64,000 bases of DNA, taken from assembly GCA_963920595.1 (NCBI GenBank), contig OY986949.1:62001-126000 (forward strand). Direction: 5' to 3'. The position numbers were made by a program, and so were the translations under genes. Shown here piece after piece: positions 52,921 to 64,000 of this stretch. Numbering within the stretch: the first letter of the stretch is position 1; each line of letters begins with the position of its first letter. This DNA comes from Eimeria praecox. Taxonomy: Eukaryota. Below the pieces are notes generated by a model. That model ran no database searches. It had not been told where the DNA came from and saw nothing but the letters and a program-made list of their open reading frames with translations.

Positions 52921-54643
52921 AGGTGTGCGTTGTTAGGGGTGAAGGGCCAGACCCAAACAATAAGATCCGCAGCAAAAGAATTCCTGGGCCCCCTACCAAC
53001 CTACACGACATCAATCTATACAAACCTGTATTACCATCTCGCCTCCTTCATAGAATCCGTCTCCAAACCTCGCAAACCCCACCACACGTAGCGTCCAGCC
53101 CCGATGCACGCCTTGTCGTCACACGCCATATTAACAGCTTCCCGAATCTCCCTCCTCCACGGCCAATTTGCACCTGCCGCTGGCATGCACCTAACAGTCC
53201 AACCGCTGAACAACACAACAAGCCATTCCATTCTGTCAACATGGGGCCGACGCTGGATCCTGCACGGGTGCCATGACATGTTCCCGACAAGTCGAAGCAA
53301 ACTGCAGGGCATTCTTCCTTAACAGACTTAAACTACCCACAACATTTGACCATGCACGACATGAACCTGTTCTAGGCTGTGTTATCTATGCCACCATACA
53401 ACGAAACTAGGTCCTCCCCATTTTCACCTTTCATTGAGGCACTCGCGGAGCTCCGCTCCTGCTCAGATTCACGATTTCCTCCATGCACACCCAACCAACC
53501 GCATATGCTCCCTCGGCCACTCGTCAAGGGCAACGGAGAGCTGCAGTTCATTCCAGTGTGTCCCCTCGCTCCTTTCATTGATTGTAGACTGCAAACGCAG
53601 CTGCCAGGCAGTTGTTCAAGACTCACAACCCCCCTGCGCATACCACATTGGCAGCGCACCCACAATGGCGGCATCGCGTATATTGTAGAAGCACACATGG
53701 TTCCTTGTGCCTTCTCAGGCTCTACATAACCGCTGACGCCTGTCACACTCTTCCATTTTGTTGCGAATTGCCCCTTTGCGTATACGCTGCCCGTCCAGAT
53801 GCTCGCAATGCGTACCGGCTGCGTACAAAGCCATTTTTCTTTACTCACATCGTCCACACTGCTTTGCACTCTCCTCCTAACGCCTCTCCAGTCGTCCCCG
53901 AGTTCTCCTATCCTCATCTTGTAACAGGCCGTCGACGTATCACATACAAAGCGTTGACATGAATTCCAGGTACGCTTTAGTGCCCAAAAGCCTTCCCTAA
54001 CACATCTGTATCCATCCTAATGAGATGCGTGGCTGCTGGGCACCGTGGACACAAGCAACGCAACCCGCCGGCCAGTCTCTGCCATCGAGCAGCAGGCCTC
54101 CCACCACGTCGGGCACGCAGCTGAAACCTCAACCTCACATGTAGAAGGTAGGCAAAACCATCCCTAACCCTTCTCAGCCATCCAAACAGCATGGGCCTCT
54201 CTGTATCACTTCCATAAGTGCTCTACTGACTGCTCAGGGGGACGAAAACCCGTGTATTTGAACTAGCATGCGAGCGCTGCAGACTCAGCAGCATCCATAT
54301 CATCTCTTGACGTCCAACAATCAACAAATAGCAGCGCATAAGCTTCCCCAAGCACCAAAATAACACCTTCTTGAGACGTGCACAGTCTGTAGAGCCCATA
54401 CCGCACATCCGTTCTCCGCAGTTTAACTGTCGGGCTGATGCAGGCGTTCATATGCGCATCGACAGCCTGTTATCTATTTTTGTGTTTGGCTCCCGGGATG
54501 CCGTACCAATATACGAAACAGATCACGTTACTTTCGCTGCGTACCCCCAAGGCTGTGTTAGCTCATAAGCTCATGCACGTATTCTCCTTTCCGCTAGCTC
54601 TCATCCAAGTAGCTTTGCCCTTTCCATCCAATCACACAAAGCT
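52921..54643 (+). mobile_element. pol relic R5, copy 3
   Basis: Duplicate of 15880-17600, with more private variants. Confidence 0.78.
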
Positions 54644-55319
54644 CGTTACTGGCCTAACAGTCCAACCGCTGAAAAACACAACAAGCCATTATAGAGATTA
54701 TTTAGGTCCTGACAAGCGAATAAAGCGTAAGCCTAGCGCTAACTGCAAGAGGTTGCTTCTGGCTTCATGCGGCCTCCTTGTCAAACCGGTTGCGGGCCGA
54801 CAAGCGGGGACCGAAAATGCTGGGGAAACGGAAGCTATAGCACGCTTGTGAACTAAGATACGCCGCATCATGCTCGCCTTTGATGATTCTGGGAATGTAT
54901 TGCGGACACCCTGCCGCGAGACAGCGAGCGGGTAGAAGCATCAACGACATATTCATGTTCATAAATTGGGCCTACACCATGCACACCGCAGGTTGAATCA
55001 CTTCACCCTACAAGAAACGTCAGTCTACACTGCAGGTTTCCACCTCAGTTGGGGCCGCCCAATAGCTATAAAGTGAGCGGCGTGTTCTGTGTTTAGTTGC
55101 CATGCGGATTTGCACAGCTTGTGCTGGTCGCGCCACCGTTTCTCTGTCTTACCCCCAACACCCAGGTAACACCTTGAAGTGACACTCACAGTTCGTCAAG
55201 TTCATTTAACAAATCTGTTTCCCGCACATCCACGAATCGGTTTATGCCAACCATCGTACAGGTATCAACCCCTAACGTAGATTCTTACAGCGAAACGCTC
55301 AAGGCATAACATTTTCAGT

Positions 55320-57620
55320 GCCACTAAGCCAATGCCCTCCCACAGCATCGCTCACGCACCCGAACCATCACCCCCACACATACAAGACACAAAACACAGT
55401 TACCCGCGGTTCCCCAAGCATTCAAGCATCATGGCCACCCGCGCAGTCCGGCCACGAGTGCTCCTGCGCCTTCACCTGGAAAACAAAAAAACCAATTTCT
55501 GAGCAAACATGCGATCTTTGGGAAAGCAGCCGCATCCATGGCATCTCTTGACTTCCAAACACCCAAACAGCAATATCACCGCATGCTCTTCTCCAAGCAT
55601 ACTAGTAACATCTTGTACTGGCGTGAACATCCGTAAACGTCAGACCACAAAGCCGTTCTATGCACACCCACTGTACTGCGAATGCACACTGTCCTACACG
55701 CATTAACAGCTAACGTAGCTCCATACAGGCAATTCGCAAAATCTTCCAACACCAATCCTAACCACTGTCGCAGAACACCCTCGCAGTGCGACAAACAAGC
55801 AAGCCAACGCTCTGAAAATAACCAAACAATAAGTTCCGGTTGGGTCAGTGTACGCCGCACCTGACCTCCATGCCTTCAATCCCATCCGCAGAACCCACTG
55901 CCCGCTTATTTTACCACGCCTGAAACAGTCAGCAGCCCCTGCCAGTCACATATGCACTAATAAATAAAGCTAAAGGTATGCCGTCCCTTCGCAGTCAGCC
56001 GTGGTGAAGGGCCAGATCCAAAGCACAAGATCCACCGCAAATGAATTCCTGGCATTCCAGCAACCCTACTCGACATCAGTCTACACAAACCTGCGCCACA
56101 CTGCCGCCACCTCCACAGACCCCTTTTCCACACCTCGCAAACCCCTCCGCCAACAGCCTCCAGCCCCCATGCACGCCTTGGCGTCACCTTCCACATTAAC
56201 AGCCGCACCTAGAGGCCCCTTCCCCACGCCACCTTTGCAGCTTCTGCCAGCACCCACGTAACATTCCAACCGCTGAAAAACACAAAAAGCCCTCCCTCGC
56301 TGTTCGCACGTTGCTGACGCTGGACCCTCCAGGGGTGCCATGACGTGTTCGCGACAATTCGAAGCAAATTGCAGGGCATTCTTCCTTAACATAATTAAGC
56401 TACCCACAACATTTGAGCATGCACGGCATCAACCTGTTCTGGACGCTGTTGCGCTTTCCACCATACAAAGAAATTAGATCCTCCCCGTTTTCGCCTTTTA
56501 TTGAGGAATCGCGAATCTGCAGAGAGCTCCCCTCCTGCGCAGACTCACGATTTCCTCCATACAAAGCCGCCCAACCGTAAATGCTCCCCCAATCACTCGT
56601 CAAGGGCAACGGAGAGCTGCAGATCATGCCAGTGTGTCCCCTCGCTCCTTCCATTAATTGTAGACTGCAAACGCAGCTGCCAGGCAGTTGTTCAAGACTC
56701 ACAACCCCCCTGCGCAGCGCACGGCAAGCGTCGTCACACCACATTAGCTGCGCACCCACGAGGGCGAGATCACGTATATTGCAGAAACACACATGGTTCC
56801 TTGTCGCTTCTTAGGCTCTATGTAACCGCTCAAGCCTGTCACACTCTTCCATTTTGTTGCGAATTGCCCCTTTGCGTATACGCCGTCTGTCCAGATGCTT
56901 GCAAAGCGTACCGGCTGCGTACAAAGCCATTTTTATTTACTCACATCGTCCACACTGCCTTGCGCTCTGCTCCTAACGCCTCTCCAGCCGTCCCTGAGTT
57001 ATCCTATCCTCATCTTGTAACAGGCCGTCGACGTTTCACGTACAACGGGTTGGCACGACTGACAGGTACGCTTTTGTTCCCAAAAGCTTTCCCTATCACA
57101 TCTGCATCCATCCGAATGAGCCGCATGGCTGCTGGGCACTGTGGACGCAAGCAACGCAACCCGCCGGCCAGTCTCTGCCATCGAGCAGCAGGCCTCCCAC
57201 CACGTCGGGCACGCAGCTGAAACCTCAACCTCACATGTAGAAGGTAGGCAAAGCCATCCCTAACCCTTCTCAGCCATCCAAACAACATGGGCATCGCTGT
57301 CTCACTTCCATGAGTGCTCTACTGCCTGCTCAGGGGGACGAAAACCCACGTTTGAACTAGCATGCGAGCGATGCAGACTCAGCGACATCCATATCATCTC
57401 TTGACGTCCAACAATCAACAAATAGCAGCGCATGAGCTTCCCCAAGCACCAAAATAACACCTTCTTGAGACGTGCACAGTCTGTAGAGCCCGTACCGCAC
57501 ATCCGTTCTCCGCAGTTTAACTGTCGGGCTGATGCAGGCGTTCATATGCGCATCGACAGCCTGTTATCTATTTTTGTGTTTGGCTCACATGATGCTGTAC
57601 GAATATACGAAACAGATCAC
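55320..57620 (+). mobile_element. pol relic R6 (RT-RNase H-integrase), diverged paralog of R5
   Basis: 56000-57620 aligns by eye with 15895-17485. ORF 56501 reads ...VPELSYPH..RRRFTYNGLARL..FPKAFP..AAGHCGRKQ. Upstream DLWESSRI and LGQCTPHL are weak RT-like remnants. Confidence 0.75.
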
Positions 57621-57880
57621 GAGGGCGACAACGGCATATGAAACCCAAGCAGGCCTATATTGCAAACGCCATACTACTCTAACAACGCATCCCCCTCTTT
57701 GACCCCTCAAAGGCAGACAAGCGCCCCCTTGCACCGCAAGGCCCCCAGCGGAACCCAGAACATCATCGCCCCAGCTACTCATCCTCTGGGTCTCCTTCGC
57801 GTAAGTCTAAACACGAGACATGCAAACCCACTTCTTAAAAGGCAAGCAACCCGTCGACTCAGTGCCGTAGCCACGCAATA
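57621..57880 (+). mobile_element. Chromodomain relic fused (probably by deletion) to the R6 integrase core
   Basis: RKAPSGTQNIIAPATHPLGLLR resembles recalled WRGAPEDQATWEPAHHLLGCPALLR. Confidence 0.5.
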
Positions 57881-57944
57881 GAAGATGCCATTTACCATAG
57901 GCTACGTCAGATTGGACGTGAATCGCCTCAGCGCCTCAAGGCAA

Positions 57945-58960
57945 CAACATTGTGTGCAAAGTGCTTTCATGCTCTCGTCTAAGCCCTTGCCAACATACAC
58001 ATGCAGCCGCGCTGCTCTCCAGTATCAACAGCGTAGGATATCTGGTGGAGAGCACCGAAAGACGTAGAACATGAGACTGGGGTGTTTGGAATCATTGCAG
58101 CAGAGCATGCTGCTTTGCCAAGAGCAATGGTACTGCGCACGCCACCCGGCAGCGTACACGTTGAGACAAACGCATCCAACGATTTGCACGCTGGAAGGCT
58201 TTACGCTCTGTGGGCAGATCACGTCTTCTTGAAGATCCTGGCCGTATCCGCAATAAGTGCAGCATAATCACCTAGATGTAACATCGGTTGCTGCCGTCCT
58301 GCAGGGCACTGGACGTTTTTTTTTCCCGATTGTAGTCTCTGTGAACTGCATGGCTACGCTCTCACGCTGCACACAGGTGCACACCTACCTGCACGCAGAC
58401 ACTCAAGCAAACAGATACACATAAGCATGCAAACAAGCCAGCATCCCGTTTCACATACAGTATGCATGTTCAGTACACGAGCCGCGGAGCCGTCGTTGCC
58501 AGTGCTGGCTCGCCACTTCCCCCAAATTCAAACACACCACTCCAGAGCAACGCACGAACGTGCTCCAACTTGCCCAAAGCATACGTAACACCGTCCGAAA
58601 TCACACATAGTTTCCTTGTCCCGGGGAGATATGCCCGCAATAAGTAAGCTGTCCCAGAGACTGGAAAGCATGCTTCATGACAGCCTCCACGCGAGCTGCA
58701 TGCTGAGCCGTCTTGTCCTTTAAAAATGCATCATGTTTCTGATAGCTTACTTAGCTTGCACTATGGGTTCTGTTTCCTCCTGTGCTACAAAAATTGCTGC
58801 ACAGCGATCTACACGTTCCGCGCTCTTTATCCAGCGCAATTTGCATTCAAACAATCTTTGCTGACAGTGTTGCCTTTCGCTACTTGGGTCCTTCGCAAGG
58901 CAACTACCGCCCTGGAAAGCTGCGCGAATCGCTAATGCTACCTAACGCCTGGTACAACTT
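57945..58960 (-). pseudogene. Decayed kinase-like paralog K-D
   Basis: Nucleotide similarity to K-B/K-C (e.g. ggatatctggtg..cgtagaacatgagact, cagtacacgagccg, ccaaattcaa). Minus-strand IFKGQDGS (~58727-58704), LWS, and a TG-rich tract ending in CAG before ESVAMQFTET. Confidence 0.5.
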
Positions 58961-59169
58961 GCAGGTCAGTTGCTGCTGCTGCTGCCCCCTACCACGTGTT
59001 GTGCTCCGCATGCGCTGTGACACCATTTAACTGAAATTGTTTTGAGTGTCAGACTCTCACTCGCAAACGTGCCTGGCACCGCCGAAACACCTGGCTAGCT
59101 CCAGTAGGTATGCAAAAATAACAGAGCTCAAGCAAAACGAAATAACACCCTTTCCCATACTGCCATCCC

Positions 59170-62100
59170 ACAAATGTGTCCGCACGAAGATAAACACCCG
59201 CGCCTGCCACGGAACACCGTGAAACCCAACAGTACCCATAAACACCCCATGCAGATGATTGTTTTTAAAGGCATACGCTCTGGGCAAGCAACCGCGAGAT
59301 CATGAAACCCCAAAGTCTTAGGTGACCAGCGGAGGGCAGAAAAATGCAGCAAATCCACAACACAAATCACACACAAGTCGCACACACACAGGTTTTCTAG
59401 CTCTCCGCCAAGTACACGCTATACTTTTACAGGCAGAAAACGCGATATCAAGCAGAGCAAGCCAATCAAGCGCATGCCTAATAACTGCTGTACAAAAATG
59501 CTGCTAGCTGCATTGGACAAATAGGACCCCTTCTTGTTGGAACCCCAACAATAACGTGAAATGCTCACGACGGATAAAGCGTATCATGTAAGCCAAATAA
59601 GGTGTACTGTGTCATATTAACCTCTCCTCAAAACAGAAACGTACCACAAACACCCTGCAGCAAGATATTTAACCCCAAAATGTAAGAATGACGCCTTTGA
59701 CGCATTCGTAAAATGCACCGACGCCAGAACACAAACCAACCCCGGCAAATATCCCCAAATCAGAAAAGCCCACGTGCAGTATGAGCTCCTCTTGCCTTCG
59801 TCTTGGCTTACCCAGAAACCACCGAGCGAGCCCAATATTACAAGCTTTTCCATGCAGTTGCCATGAGTGTTTGCAGATTTCACGTTGTCCAGGCCTCCTG
59901 CGCCGGCCTGACTTTGCTCCTTGTGCTACAGCGTTCTCTGCAGAACACCTACCGATAACAAACAACAGGGGTAATCGCCATTCCTTCGCATCATTTGACA
60001 CAAATCACTGCGTAGGCGATGTTACCTCATGCCGCGCACTGCGCTGCACATATGCTGCCTCACGAACGCATTAGCATCGCTTGTTAGGCCAGAATCTGTC
60101 TCGCAAATGCGTCTCGCGCAGTCGAACACCCCAACTCCGTAGATATTACAAACCAGCAGAGGCAAACGAAAATGAAGTCCTAGTCCATTTCAAAATGCAA
60201 ATACATTAATGAGCAAATATACATACGCGTTTTTCCATGCCCACCATCAGACAGCCTCAGACGCAAATGCGAGAAAATGCTGCTAGTGCTTCATACGTTC
60301 TACAAACTGATCTCGCCGCTACGCGTTCCGCATTTCCAAACACATGGCAGCTAATTATATGCATACCTCCTGGGCAGAAAGGCATTTGAGAGTAAGGCCA
60401 AAGCAGGGTTCGCCATGGTGCGCCTGTAAACGATCGCAGACAAACTCCAAACCCGCAAACCGCAACGTGCTCATGCAGGCTGACCCCCTAACTCTCCACC
60501 AAATGCTGCGTGTGCTCCTACTTAGACGATATTGATTTTCAACGCAGCCGCCGAAACCGACGAAAGCATAGAAACGGCAAAACGGTGCATATGGCTGCAT
60601 ATGGCTTCTGTGTAGAGTTACTGTCCGTTGGAAACCCATTGGGGTCTTGGAGGTTTCATTATAGAGAAGGCAAAATGGTGATGCACTACATATAATATTT
60701 ATATACTCAATAGTGGAACAGTTGTATATGAAGCAATAATAACTACTGTGCTATAAAACAAGTGAGGCAATCATAAACAACGCCTAGAACGTTCTTTCTG
60801 CAAATACGGCATACTCGTATCGGCAGGCAGGAGCTAATTTCAACCATAGTAACCAAAACCAAAACAACCACAGGACCAACTGCAAGACTATGCAGCTGGC
60901 TGCATGCACGTGCTTGTCGAACCGCTGTTTGCTACAAAGCCGACGAGAACCAGAGCAACCCAGACGAACGCTTATGGCTGCTGTGAGCCGACATGTGCGT
61001 TACCACGCTCGAATCTGATTATGGAGAAGCTCTGCGAACCCCCTAGCACGCACGAAATGGTTAGATCGGACGACCATCCGTGAGACACAGGTCATTTTCG
61101 CCGATTTCGAAAGCGAAATAATACAAGTAATATCAACAAACCACAAGCATCCGTCCGCAGAAAAATTGCCTCTGCCTTTGGAGCAAAAGCCACCAAGACC
61201 TGGATTTGCATTATTCTTGTTGGCCGCGTCGTCGTCCTTAGCCGCCACTCGCCATTATCGTCCTCACCTAACACTGGCATAACGGATTGGTATAACCGAA
61301 CCAATCGCCAGTGTTACTCAACGTGACGCAACTTACCATGCTGTCTCAGTTCCTGCCTACCATGGGTTCAATTCTGCATAAAATGAGCCACCAACTCAAC
61401 GGTTCGCAGTGCCAGACTCTATCCTGCAAACGCATCTCCAAGCGTCGAAACACCCCGCTATACTAGATACGAAAGAAGAGCGAATCTGAAGCAGAACTAG
61501 CTCCCACGTCTTCTCACAGTGCGATTTCACATATAGGTAAGCTTGAAGATACACATTCACTGTCACCAAACGGCGTGAAAAGCAATAGTACCCATCAGCA
61601 TCCCTTGCAGATGACTCTACCTCAAAGGGCATACTTTCTGGGCAGCATAGTGTGCAATCGAAACGCCCAAAAAGCCTCCGCCACACCACGCCCCCAGTGG
61701 AGCGCAAGAAAAGCGGTCTATCCAAAAGCGACCGACAGATACAGGTCCTATAGCCCTCCTCCAAAATGTTATGGATTGTCTTATAGGCAGATGGAGTAGA
61801 TTTGAACCGGTACAGGCGAACCAAGCGTAAGCCCAACACCAACTACAAAACAAGACAGCTTGCTGCATGTAGCGCCTAGGCTTGCTCTTTGTTCGAAGAA
61901 CAATGAATGCAGTAGACGCAGAAGGTTTGTCGGTCATCTGAAGTAAGGTGTGCTATGCCACGGTAGCGTCTGACGATTTGGAGAAATTGCCATGAACACC
62001 CTTTAACCAGGTGGCCAGCTCGAAGACGCGTGAGCAACACATTCATGAACTGCATATGCTCCGAACGCAAAACAGCTCGAATAACGCCGCCAAATCCAAG

Positions 62101-63340
62101 CCATCCTCCTGTACTACGAGTCCCCCTGCCTTTTGCGTTGTCCAGTAGGTACAACAGGAACGACTGGTTCCATGTTCCTTCATGCAGGTGCCAGTAGAAT
62201 TTACACAATTTCCATTGGCCGCGGCGTCCACCGAGGCCCGCTGCTGTTCTTTGCGCCCTAAACATAACTGCCATCATACGCATATAGACTGGCCGTCAAC
62301 ACTTTAGGCGTTTGAGACAAGTCATCATGTGGGTGCTGTTGTCTTCTACCACGCAATGCGCTCCTCATACACTGCACATACACTGCTCCACTGGCTCATT
62401 AACGCCATTTGTAATGTAAGACTGCGCCTAATAAAGTGTACCGCAGTGGCGAAGCACCAAGTCCCAACTGCTACCGAAGACGAGGACGGTTAACAGAAAA
62501 ACGAACCCCCACTCCCTTGCGCACTGCAACTTCATAAATCTGCACTCCTTCGCAAGTGCATTCATGCTTGTCACCATGCTTCCTAAATAGTAGGATTGCC
62601 CACAACCGCGCTCAGCAGAAGGTATGATTTTAGGCAAATAATTGCTGGCAAGACCAGGGAGCAAATACAACGCAAGAGGAGACATCGCCTACTCATGGAT
62701 GCATATATGTGAATGGGTGAATAGTGGTTGAGTTGCAGTGTGAGTGAATGTGGAAGTATATTTTCGTTTATTTGTGTCCGGCAATTTGTGTGCTGGCTCC
62801 TGCGGCAGCGAACACGCAAATTGCAGAGCCGTACACTCCTCATACATGCTGGTCAGCTAGCTGTCCGCCAAATACTGCATGTTTCCCTGTTCCCCGATGT
62901 GTACGGCTTCAAGCAGAGTAAGCAAATCCACCGCAAACTTAATAATAGCTGTAGGACGATGGAGCTGGCCGCATGGGGAACCCTTGTCGAATTCACTGGT
63001 GTTGGAGAACTATTCCAAACGACTAGGGCACATCGCGTAAGTGCAGAGAACTTGCTTCCCGCTTGTTATTTCATCCTATTAGGATGAATTATTATAGACA
63101 CGTTGCCGTGAAGTGAAGAACCCCAACGTATATCAGCCACAAGTTCATGAATTGGGTCGGCGGCGACTAAGACAGCCGACTAATCGCCCAAAAACACAAA
63201 CGCAAGCTAGCGTTAACGGATCCGCCTTCGCTTGTTGCACCCAAAGCTAAACATGAACAGCAGGTTCACCCTTGTTTACTGGAAGCGCCATTAAAATCCA
63301 CAGTGCGTGCTGGCTTGATCGTCGGCTGAGGATCCCAATC
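59170..63340 (+). mobile_element. Near-full-length decayed chromovirus pol R7 (protease-RT-RNase H-integrase-chromodomain)
   Basis: INTRAC (59190, DTGA-like), ASNRE, VDITNQQRQTKMK, FPCPP, SASYVLQTDLAA, VCSYLDDI (YLDD 60519-60530), NNYC, TKP, TNAYGC, FADFESEII, SHQDL, PHLTLA*RIG, CHEHPLT (61988), YNA, LLRQ..LQSRTL, SKQIHRKLNNSC..WG, QPTN. All occur in Ty3/gypsy order. Confidence 0.85.
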
Positions 63341-64000
63341 GCTATTCGCGACCTCTCCAAAGCAGCTACAACCTTACAGAACTGTTCCCTTTCTCTCTCT
63401 GGCAAGTGCATTCGAGTGCTACGAGCATTTGTTCACGCGATGGCGAACTTGCGCTAGGATCAGTGCTCAGTGCTGCGTACGAACTGCATTTACGCCGAAC
63501 TCAAAGACGCTTGACGAATCGTCCCGACCTAGAAATGCTCACCCGCACTAACGGTTCCGCTTTCTACTGTGCTGCCCTATATGCGTACAGTGAGATACGG
63601 ATCCCTCGTTCTTCCGCGCAAGCGTTATGCAGGTTTGAATAGTTCATTTTAACCGTGCAAGAGCCCGCGTCCTCTCCATCCTCACCTCCTCCGCAGAACG
63701 CCTATCAGTATACGCATCATACACAACTGGGCTGGTCCGCAAAGGCCTCCAAACAGTTAAAATAAATTGGCTGCCCCATACAACTTTATTGCTATCCTAC
63801 AGCTTGTCACAAGCCATCTCACAAACGCATTGTACCCCACTGAAACATCTCGCTTCAGGTGCTTCCGAAGAAAGGCAGGGCTAAAGAAAAGTCACCTCCC
63901 GCACCTTAATGCAACTTCACAAGTATCCACGCACGCAAAGATATACTTCCCCGTCTGGTCGCATACAATCTGAAGCGTTACAGGCCCCAGAACCACGCCT

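Larger units (their letters stand above)
41255..54643. repeat. Macro-repeat body, copy 3 (terminal copy)
   Basis: Near-identical to copies 1 and 2. Similarity ends at cacacaaagct (54643), followed by unrelated sequence instead of satellite. Confidence 0.98.

Noticed and set aside
54700..55320. Unassigned single-copy stretch, possibly gag or LTR
   Set aside because: No motif I can support by eye; it needs a profile search.

Overview
Eukaryotic, gene-poor and highly repetitive window, most likely from a coccidian (Eimeria-like) genome; the taxon is inferred from resemblance to coccidian chromovirus pol as I recall it. I found no intact protein-coding gene, RNA gene or CRISPR array, and the short ORFs in the track are not credible proteins. 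Positions 1-54,643 form a nested tandem array: three near-identical ~13.4-kb bodies (4,246-17,600; 20,651-34,017; 41,255-54,643), each preceded by an array of a ~1.35-1.42-kb satellite (3, 2 and 5 units). Read across frameshifts and stops, the satellite unit is a fossil Ty3/gypsy integrase segment. Each body is a mosaic of five decayed chromovirus-like pol fragments (all + strand) and three decayed, apparently intron-containing protein-kinase-like (ROP-kinase-like) paralogs (all - strand). The single-copy right end (54.6-64 kb) holds two more pol fossils, one spanning PR-RT-RH-INT-chromodomain with an intact YLDD, and a fourth kinase-like paralog. The most interesting pattern is that kinase-like segments repeatedly lie just downstream of, and antisense to, a pol 3' end, suggesting an ancient retroelement-plus-kinase cassette. 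Domain calls come from manual motif reading against recalled consensus sequences, with no search run. Relic boundaries are approximate (about +/-50-100 bp).
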